From positions 672,001 through 736,000 of the forward strand of contig CAXXTF010000002.1 of the NCBI GenBank assembly GCA_963665775.2: a DNA stretch of 64,000 nt, read 5' to 3'. The notes below the pieces were generated by a model, which was not told where the DNA came from, searched no databases, and was given only the letters and a program-made list of their open reading frames with translations. The position numbers and the translations under genes were made by a program. This stretch comes from Dehalococcoidia bacterium. Its GTDB lineage: Bacteria > Chloroflexota > Dehalococcoidia > SM23-28-2 > RBG-16-64-32. Within the stretch, counting starts at the first letter, position 1, and every line of letters begins with the position of its first letter. Shown in pieces: positions 8,970 to 17,135 of this stretch.

Positions 8970-9596
8970 CTAGAGCGCGAACAGGTCCAGCAGCGCGTCG
9001 CCCACTATCACCAGCAAGATTACCCGTATCGTCTTCCCAATCCCCACCGCTAGCAGAAACCGCCAGAAGTTCATCCGCACCACCCCCGCCGTCACCCCTG
9101 CGAACTCGAACGCCGGGTTCGGCACTGCCGAAAGAAACAGCAGCGTGGCGAAACCGTAGTGGGCCATCAGCCAGTCCACCCAGCCGGCCATCTTCCGCAG
9201 CCAGCGCCCCGCTCGGCCCCGTAGCGGCATCTGCCGCTCCTCCGCCACCCCTCGGCCAACCGCCCCCGCCAGATACGCCGTACTCTCTGCCAGCGTCATC
9301 GCGGACGCCCCCGCCACCACCACGGCCACCGGGTTCAGCCCCAGCTCCCGCGGCCCCGCCACGATCAGCAGCTGGGCCGCCAGCGTCAGCCCCGGCACCG
9401 GCACGAACACCGTCGCTGTGCCCAGGAAGTTCGCCACGAATATCCCTGGCAGACCCAGCGTCTCCAGATCGTCCTTGTCCAGCCAGCCCAGCGCGAACGG
9501 CAACCACGTGCCGAACACGACCGCCAGCACCACCAACCCGGCGGCCACCAGCGGGAGCCACCGCGGTATCCTCTTCACCGGCAGCCACGACGGCAT
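8970..9596 (-). CDS. VTT/DedA (SNARE-associated) membrane protein
   Basis: FVPVPG, AESTAYLAG, LSAVPNPAFEFAG, F..F..A..IGK motifs. Confidence 0.85.
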   Translation of the reverse strand: MPSWLPVKRIPRWLPLVAAGLVVLAVVFGTWLPFALGWLDKDDLETLGLPGIFVANFLGTATVFVPVPGLTLAAQLLIVAGPRELGLNPVAVVVAGASAMTLAESTAYLAGAVGRGVAEERQMPLRGRAGRWLRKMAGWVDWLMAHYGFATLLFLSAVPNPAFEFAGVTAGVVRMNFWRFLLAVGIGKTIRVILLVIVGDALLDLFAL

Positions 9597-9766
9597 ATTT
9601 AACACCGCCCGACCGCTGCCTGGCGCCGACGGCTGATCCCCCCCGCCCCTGTCTCCCCTACGAACGTCCACTCTGCCATCGCTCTGTCAGTATAAGCGCT
9701 CCCCGCCGCGTCTCATGCCCACACTCTCCTCCTATCCCGTCTCCCTATGCTACAATCTGTCTCGCC

Positions 9767-11074
9767 ATGCGCTATCACATCTGGACTGAAGGCTGCCAGA
9801 TGAACGAGGCTGACTCCCAGAAGCTGGCCGCCGGCCTCGCCAAGCTGGGCTGGCAAGAGGCCTCCAAGCCCGAAGGGGCGGATCTCGCCATCGTCAACAC
9901 CTGCGTCGTGCGCCAAAAGGCCGAGGATCGCGCCTACGGCTATCTGGGCCACCTTCATCGCCTTAAACAAGGCCGGGACGGGGAATTTCAGATCGCCGTC
10001 ATGGGCTGCCTCGTCGGCCCTCGCACCGACGACCTGCGAGCCCGTTTCCCCTTCGTGGACATCTGGGCCCGACCCCAAAACTTCGAGGTCATCCTTCGCC
10101 ACCTCCTGCCCCAATCCGACCTGGGCGGCGAATTCTGGCCCGACACCTTCCCCGAACCTAAGGGTCCCACAGCCTTCATCCCCATCATCCACGGCTGCAA
10201 TAAGTTCTGCACCTACTGCATCGTTCCCTACCGTCGCGGCCGCGAGCGCTCTCGCACCATAGACGACGTCGCCCGCGAGGTGACATCCCTCTGTGCCAGG
10301 GGAGTTCGCGAGGTCACCCTCCTCGGCCAGACCGTCGAGGCCTACGGCAAGGACCTTCCGGATAAGCCCGACCTGGCCGACCTCTTCACCGCCATCCACG
10401 ATGCGCCCGGCCTCGCCCGCATTCGCTTCCTCACCTCCTACCCCCGCGATATGACCGAGCGGATCATCGCCGCTGTCGGGAGCCTGCCCAAGCTCTGCGA
10501 GCACTTCAACATCCCGGTCCAGGCCGCCGATAACGAACTGCTGGCCCGGATGCGCCGCGGCTACACTATTGAGGATTATGTCGAGTGGGTCCACCGCATC
10601 CGCCAGATCGTCCCCACCGCCGCCCTCAGCACGGACGTCATCGTCGGCTTCTGCGGCGAGACCGAGGCTCAGTTCCAGCGCATCCTCGATCTTCTGGCGC
10701 AGATCCGCTTCGACAAGGTCCATGTCGCCGCCTACTCGCCCCGTCCCGGCACCATCGCCTGGCGCCACCTCGAGGACGACGTGCCTCAGGACGAGAAGAT
10801 GCGCCGCCTCCACGCTGTAGAGACCCTCCAGGAGAGCATCGGCACCGAGATCAACCGACAGCTCCTGGGCACGACACAGGAGGTCCTGGTCGAGGGGGAA
10901 AAGGATGGCGTCCTTACCGGCCGCACCCGCACCAATAAGCTCGTTCACTTCCCGGGTCACGGCAACCTTGGCCGGCTGGTAGACGTCCGGATCGAAAAGG
11001 CCAGCCCCTGGGCCCTTCAGGGGCTACCCGTCGGAAGGCAGGTTGCAACGGTCGGGCCACCCGTCTCGTCCTAA
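9767..11074 (+). CDS. miaB: tRNA-2-methylthio-N6-dimethylallyladenosine synthase
   Basis: GCQMNEADS, NTCVVRQKAE, GCNKFCTYCIVP radical SAM motif, TRAM domain. Confidence 0.95.
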   Translation: MRYHIWTEGCQMNEADSQKLAAGLAKLGWQEASKPEGADLAIVNTCVVRQKAEDRAYGYLGHLHRLKQGRDGEFQIAVMGCLVGPRTDDLRARFPFVDIWARPQNFEVILRHLLPQSDLGGEFWPDTFPEPKGPTAFIPIIHGCNKFCTYCIVPYRRGRERSRTIDDVAREVTSLCARGVREVTLLGQTVEAYGKDLPDKPDLADLFTAIHDAPGLARIRFLTSYPRDMTERIIAAVGSLPKLCEHFNIPVQAADNELLARMRRGYTIEDYVEWVHRIRQIVPTAALSTDVIVGFCGETEAQFQRILDLLAQIRFDKVHVAAYSPRPGTIAWRHLEDDVPQDEKMRRLHAVETLQESIGTEINRQLLGTTQEVLVEGEKDGVLTGRTRTNKLVHFPGHGNLGRLVDVRIEKASPWALQGLPVGRQVATVGPPVSS

Positions 11075-11084
11075 CGTTCCCCCC

Positions 11085-11771
11085 ATGACTGCTCCCCTTT
11101 CCACCACCAACCCACGACCCGCCACCACCGATCGTCCTCCCCACATCGCCGTCCTCGTCGTCATCTTCACCGTGGAGGCCGACGAGCTGCGGGTGCTCCT
11201 CATACGCCGCAGCGCCGAGCCGGCCAAGAACGCCTGGTCCCTCCCCGGCGGCCTCCTGGCCCCCGACGAGTCGCTGGACGAAGCCGCCATTCGCAAGCTG
11301 GACGACGAGACCGGCGTCAGCGATCTCTTCCTCGAACAGCTCTACACCTTCTGTGACCTAGACGACCGCGCCTCCGTCTCCGTCGCCGTCGCCTATTTCG
11401 CCCTGGTGGACATCCGGCAGACCCACCTCGCCCGCCGCCGCGCCTGGCCTCCCGCCTGGTTTCCCATCGCTGCCCTGCCCGTTCCTCTCGCCTTCCACAA
11501 TGATCGTGTCATCGACTACGCCCTCCAGCGCCTCCGTGCCAAGCTGGACTACTCTAACGTCGCCTACTCCCTCCTTCCCGACGAGTTCACCCTCTCCCAG
11601 CTCCAGCGGGTCTACGAGGCGATCCTGGCCCGACCCCTGGACAAACGCAACTTCCGCAAGCGCATTCTCTCGCAGGCCATCATCGAGTCCACCGGCCACA
11701 CCCTGGCCGAGAGCCGCCACCGCCCCGCCCGCCTTTACACGTTTCGGGAACACCACCCGATCATCTTCTAG
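11085..11771 (+). CDS. nrtR: Nudix-related transcriptional regulator
   Basis: WSLPGG...ESLDEAA, LEQLYTF, LAFHN, FTLSQLQRVYE, DKRNFRKRI, RPARLY wHTH. Confidence 0.9.
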   Translation: MTAPLSTTNPRPATTDRPPHIAVLVVIFTVEADELRVLLIRRSAEPAKNAWSLPGGLLAPDESLDEAAIRKLDDETGVSDLFLEQLYTFCDLDDRASVSVAVAYFALVDIRQTHLARRRAWPPAWFPIAALPVPLAFHNDRVIDYALQRLRAKLDYSNVAYSLLPDEFTLSQLQRVYEAILARPLDKRNFRKRILSQAIIESTGHTLAESRHRPARLYTFREHHPIIF

Positions 11772-11888
11772 CCCGCGGATCCGCCGCCAAGACGACACGG
11801 CCCTTGCCCGCAACGGGGGTTGCTGCTATATTTACTTATCGAAAGCTGCCCGCAGGGGCGGTTTTCTGTACTCGAGAGGACGAGAGCT

Positions 11889-12197
11889 TTGCCGATCTAC
11901 GAATATAGATGCCCCCGTGGGCACCACTACGAAATGACGGAGGGGTTCGATGCTCCTTCCGAGCATGCCTGCCCCCACTGTGGTGCCTCCGCCAAGCGTC
12001 AGTTCAGTACGCCGGCAGTGATCTTCAAGGGCAGCGGGTTTTACAGCACGGACAACCCTAAGGCTTCGTCCGCCGGAGGCGGCCCATCCGCCGACACGGC
12101 GACATCGGAGGAGCGGCCTCCTTCGCGGGAGAGCGGGAGCGATGCCAAGGCAGACGCCAAGGCAGACACCAAGACGGAAACGAAGGCAAAGGACTAG
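11889..12197 (+). CDS. FmdB-family zinc-ribbon protein
   Basis: TTG start, PIYEYRC..GH, CPHCG, FKGSGFYSTD. Confidence 0.9.
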   Translation: MPIYEYRCPRGHHYEMTEGFDAPSEHACPHCGASAKRQFSTPAVIFKGSGFYSTDNPKASSAGGGPSADTATSEERPPSRESGSDAKADAKADTKTETKAKD

Positions 12198-12296
12198 ACG
12201 CCCTCTCGTCCGCGCCCGCCGCGCCCCTTCGGGGCGGTTACTCGTTTTACCCAAAGACTCTTTGCCCCAGCGCAGCGGTTGCGGCATGATTGCGAC

Positions 12297-12761
12297 ATGC
12301 GGGTGGTGATCCAGCGGGTGAGCCGAGCCTCCGTATCGGTGGGCAGCGAGAGGATAGCGTCCATCGGACCGGGGCTCCTGCTACTGGTGGGGGTGGCGCA
12401 GGGAGATGGAGACGCGGAGGCGCAGCGGTTGGCCCAGAAGTGCGCCGGCCTGCGCCTCTTCTCCGATCCGGAGGGGAGGTTCAGCCTGTCGCTGCTGGAC
12501 ACCAAGGGCCAGGCGCTGGTGGTGAGCCAGTTCACCCTGCTGGCGAACGCGCGGAGGGGACGGCGGCCCAGCTTCGCCGCCGCCGCGGCGCCCGAGACCG
12601 CCGAGCCGATCGTGGAGACGTTCGCCCAAGCGATGCGGGAGGCGGGCGTGCCCACGCAAACCGGCCGCTTCGGCGCGATGATGGCCGTGGAGCTGCTGAA
12701 CGACGGCCCGGTGACGATCGTGCTGGACAGCGAGGAGCTGGAGCGGCCACGACGGGGGTAG
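12297..12761 (+). CDS. dtd: D-aminoacyl-tRNA deacylase
   Basis: [26 protein letters not shown]. Confidence 0.95.
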   Translation: MRVVIQRVSRASVSVGSERIASIGPGLLLLVGVAQGDGDAEAQRLAQKCAGLRLFSDPEGRFSLSLLDTKGQALVVSQFTLLANARRGRRPSFAAAAAPETAEPIVETFAQAMREAGVPTQTGRFGAMMAVELLNDGPVTIVLDSEELERPRRG

Positions 12762-12853
12762 GAACACACAATTGACACAGCCTGGGAGGGGCGCTATATA
12801 ATCTGCCTGACGCAAGTTCGGCACCCGAAAGGGCCGCAAGGAGGAGGGAAGCG

Positions 12854-13105
12854 ATGTCCCAGTTCTTAGACAGTCACCCAACTATGGCGAACGTGCCGCC
12901 CGAGGTGGTGCAGCAGATCAAAGAAAAGCTGCAGGCCAGACAACCAGACGCGTTCGGCGTCGTAGGTCTCAATATGTTCGTGACGAAGGACATCACGTAC
13001 TGCTTAGCCGAGGCACCCAACGCCGAGGCAGTGCACAAATCCCACGAGGCGATGGGTCTTAAACTGGGATCGGGCGATGTCAACGAGGTGCAGAGCCTGG
13101 TCTAA
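12854..13105 (+). CDS. DUF4242/SCO4226-like small protein
   Basis: FLDSH...YCLAEAPNAEAVHKSH; GGAGG RBS; TTGACA/TATAAT upstream (12772-12802). Confidence 0.75.
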   Translation: MSQFLDSHPTMANVPPEVVQQIKEKLQARQPDAFGVVGLNMFVTKDITYCLAEAPNAEAVHKSHEAMGLKLGSGDVNEVQSLV

Positions 13106-13190
13106 GTCCGCCACAGAATCGATCCTCGAGCGGAGTTACCACAAACCATAACGTTCGGGAGCGCCCCTTCGTGCGGGCCCTTCCGAGTTG

Positions 13191-14093
13191 TCATAGTTTG
13201 CTACGGGCTGTTACTGCGCCCTCTACCTCCAGGCTCAGGTCCAGCGCCACCGCCGAATGGGTGATCGCCCCCATCGAGATAAACCCTACGCCCGTTTCGG
13301 CCACCTGGCGGGCGTTGGCCAGACCGATGCCCCCGGAGGCCTCCAGGCCGGGGCGCGGATCGCGGGCGGCGGCCAAAGCGACGACCTCCCCCATGGCACC
13401 TGGGGACATGTTGTCCAGCAGGAGCTCGTCGGCGGCGGCGTCCAGCGCCTCGCGCGCCTCCTCGACAGTCGCCACCTCGATCTCGATGCACCGGCCCGGG
13501 TTCGCCGCCCGCGCCAGGCGGACGGCCTCCGCGATGCCCAGGCCGCAGGCGCGGAGGGCAGCCAGGTGGTTGTCCTTGATGAGGACTCCTTCGGCCAGGT
13601 TCGGACGGTGGTTGGTGCCACCACCCATGCGGACGGCGTACTTCTCCAGGACCCGAAGGCCGGGCACGGTCTTGCGAGTGTCGCGGAGACGGCAGCTCGT
13701 TCCCTGAAGGGCCTGCACCACGGCGGCAGTGGCGGTAGCCACGCCGCTGAGGTGGCTCAGGTAGTTGAGGGCGACCCGCTCCCCATGCAGGATAGCGGCC
13801 AGCGAGCCCTCGACTGTCGCTACGCGGTCGCCGGGGGAGAGTCGGTCGCCGTCCCGGCTATGCGGCTGCCACGCCAGCGAGGCGTCGATGACAGCGAACA
13901 CGGCAGCGGCCACAGGGAGACCGGCGAGCACACCCGCCGCCTTCGCCACGATGACGGCGCTGCCGGGCTGCTCGTCGGCCACGAGGGCGGCGGTGGTGAT
14001 GTCCTGCCCGGCGCGGTCCTCCTTGAGAGCGTCCTCCGCCAGGCGGCGCATCTCGGCCTCGTCGAGGGCGAGAGAGGGATCAGGAGAGCTCAT
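13191..14093 (-). CDS. nadC: nicotinate-nucleotide pyrophosphorylase (carboxylating)
   Basis: ERVALN, DTRKT.PG, NHR, IKDNH, LLDNM, EASGGI. Confidence 0.96.
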   Translation of the reverse strand: MSSPDPSLALDEAEMRRLAEDALKEDRAGQDITTAALVADEQPGSAVIVAKAAGVLAGLPVAAAVFAVIDASLAWQPHSRDGDRLSPGDRVATVEGSLAAILHGERVALNYLSHLSGVATATAAVVQALQGTSCRLRDTRKTVPGLRVLEKYAVRMGGGTNHRPNLAEGVLIKDNHLAALRACGLGIAEAVRLARAANPGRCIEIEVATVEEAREALDAAADELLLDNMSPGAMGEVVALAAARDPRPGLEASGGIGLANARQVAETGVGFISMGAITHSAVALDLSLEVEGAVTARSKL

Positions 14094-15678
14094 GCTGGGC
14101 TCCCCTGCGAAACACGACGTGGCGGCGCCAGGCATCGGAAGGCTGGGGAAAGTCGCTGCGGTAATGGGCGCCCCGGGACTCCTGGCGGAGCAGAGCGGCT
14201 TCGGTCACCAGGCGGCCGCAGACCAGGAGGTCGGCCAGCTCCTGCGAGCGGCGGTCGACAGGCGGTTCCAGGACGCCATGCCAGGCGGCGAGGACAGCCT
14301 TGGCGCGCGAGAGGGATGCGGCATCGCGGACGATTCCGACATCCTCCCACATGAGCGCCTGGAGGGCTTCGCGGCTGAGGGATGGGGCCTCGGCGCTAGC
14401 CGGGCAGCCTAGGTCGATCGCCTCCGGTATGGTAGGAAGGGAGCCGTTGGGAGACTGGAGCGTGCGCAATATGACCCGCTTCGCGAATACGACCGTCTCC
14501 AAAAGCGAGTTGGAGGCGAGCCGATTGGCGCCGTGGACGCCCGTGCAGGCGCACTCGCCACAGGCGTAGAGGCCCGCCAGCGTAGACTCCCCCCAAACGC
14601 TGGTCCGGATACCACCCATCGTGTAGTGGGCGGCCGGCGAGACGGGGATCGGCTGGCTCGTGATGTCGAGGCCGTGGTCCAGGCAGAAACGGTAGATCTG
14701 GGGAAAACGGGCGACGACACGAGCGGAGTCCAGATGTGTCACGTCCAGAAGAACGTGATCGGCGGCGCTCCCCTGCATTCGGTCGACGATAGCGCGGGCT
14801 ACCACGTCGCGGGGGGCGAGTTCCGCCTGCGCGTGGTATTCCGGCATGAAACGGACGCCGCCGGCATCGCGCAGGACCCCACCCTCGCCGCGGACCGCCT
14901 CGGAGATCAGGAAGGGCTGAACGCCGGGCAGGCGGAGCGCGGTAGGGTGGAACTGGAAGAACTCCATGTCCATCACCTCGGCCCCGGCGCCGTAGGCGAG
15001 AGCGATGCCATCGCCCGTGGCGACCTGCGGGTTGGTGGAAACCCGATAGAGCTGCCCGGCCCCACCGGTAGCCAGAACCAGATGACGGCAGGCATAGTCC
15101 GTGCTCTCCCCGCTGCCCTCGTCCAGGGCCCGGATTCCGCGAACCGCTCGTCCTGAGCCTGTCGAAGGACCTCCCACCAGGATCTCGGCGGCCAGGGTGT
15201 ACTCCAGGATGGTGATGCCGGACAGCCGGGCCAGCGATGAGAGCGTGAGCTCGATGTGGGAGCCGGTGGAGTCGCCTCCGGCATGGAGGACGCGGGGGAC
15301 GGAGTGGGCTCCCTCGCGGGCCAGGTCGATCTCACCGTGCAGGGTGTCGAAGGGGACGCCCAGCCGCACCAGGTCGTCGATGCGGTCGGCGGCCTCGGTG
15401 GTGAGGACGCGCCCCGCCTCCTCGTCCACGAGGCCGGCGCCGGCGGCGATGGTGTCCGCCAGGTGCATCTGAGGCGAATCGTCAGGCCCGACAGGAGCGG
15501 CGATGCCGCCCTGCGCCCAGCGCGTGTTGCAGTCCTCGATAGAGCCCTTGGTGAGGACGAGGACGGAGCCCTGCTCCCGGGCCAGCAGCGCCGCGTACAG
15601 CCCCGCTATCCCGGAGCCGACGATGATGTAGTCGTAGAAGGTGGTCATCGGGGCCGTCCCTGCACCCCTTTCGATCAT
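14080..15678 (-). CDS. nadB: L-aspartate oxidase
   Basis: GSGIAGL, WAQGGIA, EGAHS, QFHPT, HYTMGG, GVHGANRLASNSL, ESRGAH. Confidence 0.96.
   Translation of the reverse strand: MIERGAGTAPMTTFYDYIIVGSGIAGLYAALLAREQGSVLVLTKGSIEDCNTRWAQGGIAAPVGPDDSPQMHLADTIAAGAGLVDEEAGRVLTTEAADRIDDLVRLGVPFDTLHGEIDLAREGAHSVPRVLHAGGDSTGSHIELTLSSLARLSGITILEYTLAAEILVGGPSTGSGRAVRGIRALDEGSGESTDYACRHLVLATGGAGQLYRVSTNPQVATGDGIALAYGAGAEVMDMEFFQFHPTALRLPGVQPFLISEAVRGEGGVLRDAGGVRFMPEYHAQAELAPRDVVARAIVDRMQGSAADHVLLDVTHLDSARVVARFPQIYRFCLDHGLDITSQPIPVSPAAHYTMGGIRTSVWGESTLAGLYACGECACTGVHGANRLASNSLLETVVFAKRVILRTLQSPNGSLPTIPEAIDLGCPASAEAPSLSREALQALMWEDVGIVRDAASLSRAKAVLAAWHGVLEPPVDRRSQELADLLVCGRLVTEAALLRQESRGAHYRSDFPQPSDAWRRHVVFRRGAQHELS
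15142..15170. repeat. REP-like palindromic repeat inserted in-frame in nadB
   Basis: CCGCTCGTCCTGAGCCTGTCGAAGGAC, read in nadB as GPSTGSGRAV; near-identical to the copies at 40743-40807. Confidence 0.8.
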
Positions 15679-15680
15679 GC

Positions 15681-16907
15681 TTACCTCACCGTCAGCATGC
15701 GCTCCAGGGCGATGCGAGCGTCGCGGCGGGTCTCCTCGTCCAGCTCCACCCGATTCACGATCCGCCCTTCCGCCAGCTCCTCCAACGCCCAGCAGAGGTA
15801 GGCGGGATGGATGCGGAACATCGTGGAGCAGGGGCAGACCACCGGGTCCAGGCAAAACACCAGCTTGTCCGGGTTCTCGCGCGCCAGCCGGGAGACGAGG
15901 TTGATCTCCGTGCCCACGGCGAACCGCGACCTGGCAGGCGCCTCGCTGATCGTCCTGGCGATGAACTCCGTCGAGCCGTCCAGATCGGCGGCCCGGACCA
16001 CCTCCATCCGGCACTCCGGGTGCACGACGATGGTGATGTCGGGGTGCTCGCGACGGGCCCGCTCGATCTGCTCAACGGAGAAGCGGAGGTGCACGGAGCA
16101 GTGCCCCTTCCAGAGGATGACCCGGGCCCGCTCCAGCTGCTCCAGGGCGTTGCCCCCCAGGGAACCGAAGGGGAGCGTGTAATCCCAGACCGGCATCTCC
16201 TCCAGAGCGATGTCGCGCTTCAGGCCGGTGTTGCGGCCCAGGTGCTGATCCGGGAAGAAGAGGACGCGGCGGCCACGCTGGAAAGCCCAGTCGAAGACCC
16301 TGGGAGCGTTGGAGGAGGTGCAGACAATACCGCCGTTCTTGCCGCAGAACGCCTTGAGGTCGGCCGCGGAGTTCATATATGTGACGGGGACGATGTCGCT
16401 GATGCCGGCTTCCCGTAACTCGTCCCAGCAGGCGTAGACGTCATCGGGGTCCGCCATATCGGCCATCGAGCAGCCGGCCGACATATTGGGGAGAACGACC
16501 ATCTGATGCGGCTGCGATAGGATATCGGCGGACTCCGCCATGAAGTGGACGCCGCAGAAGACGATGAACTCAGCCTCCGGACGCTGTGCCGCCCACTGCG
16601 CCAGCTTGAACGAGTCGCCGCGGACCTCCGCGAACTGGATGATGTCCTCCCGCTGGTAGTGATGGCCGAGAACGACGCAGCGCTCGCCCAGCTCGCGGCG
16701 GGCGGCGGCGATCCGCCGAACGATATCGGCGGCATCCAGGCGCCAGTACTCTTCCGGGATATCCTTCTGCCAGAAGGCGAAGGCGCGCTCCTCGGCCAGG
16801 GGACGGGTCTCCAGGGGGCGATCGGTGGAGCACTCCATCGCCTCGTCCAGGACGGCCTCCTCGGTGACGACGGGGAGCGGCTGTCCGGCTTCGGCCTTGA
16901 TAACCAT
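15681..16907 (-). CDS. nadA: quinolinate synthase
   Basis: LGHHYQR, FCGVHFMAE, AGCSMAD, YMNS.A, CTSSNA, GHCSVH, HPEC, CSTM. Confidence 0.96.
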   Translation of the reverse strand: MVIKAEAGQPLPVVTEEAVLDEAMECSTDRPLETRPLAEERAFAFWQKDIPEEYWRLDAADIVRRIAAARRELGERCVVLGHHYQREDIIQFAEVRGDSFKLAQWAAQRPEAEFIVFCGVHFMAESADILSQPHQMVVLPNMSAGCSMADMADPDDVYACWDELREAGISDIVPVTYMNSAADLKAFCGKNGGIVCTSSNAPRVFDWAFQRGRRVLFFPDQHLGRNTGLKRDIALEEMPVWDYTLPFGSLGGNALEQLERARVILWKGHCSVHLRFSVEQIERARREHPDITIVVHPECRMEVVRAADLDGSTEFIARTISEAPARSRFAVGTEINLVSRLARENPDKLVFCLDPVVCPCSTMFRIHPAYLCWALEELAEGRIVNRVELDEETRRDARIALERMLTVR

Positions 16908-16925
16908 TTGCGCAGCCCCTTCTAG

Positions 16926-16946
16926 TTAGTGTATGATCTACACTTT
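16926..16946. promoter_or_regulatory. probable NrtR operator of nadABC
   Basis: 21-bp palindrome TTAGTGTATGATCTACACTTT with GT-N7-AC core, between the promoter and the nadA RBS. Confidence 0.75.
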
Positions 16947-16958
16947 CCTATCGAGTCT

Positions 16959-16987
16959 AGCCTATCATGCCATCGAGAAGGTGTCAA
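16959..16987 (-). promoter_or_regulatory. nadA promoter
   Basis: Minus strand TTGACA (16987-16982), 17 bp, TGaTAGGCT extended -10. Confidence 0.65.
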
Positions 16988-17135
16988 GCGAACACGAAGG
17001 GGTATAGGGAGGTGCAAGACGCTGCCGCTAAGAACAGAATAGAGCTGTACAGGCCTACATCCATCGCGTAAACTGGCTGGTACTGTCCGGCCAAACATTC
17101 GCTGAAGGGAGACATGCTATGCGGTTCTTGATTAA

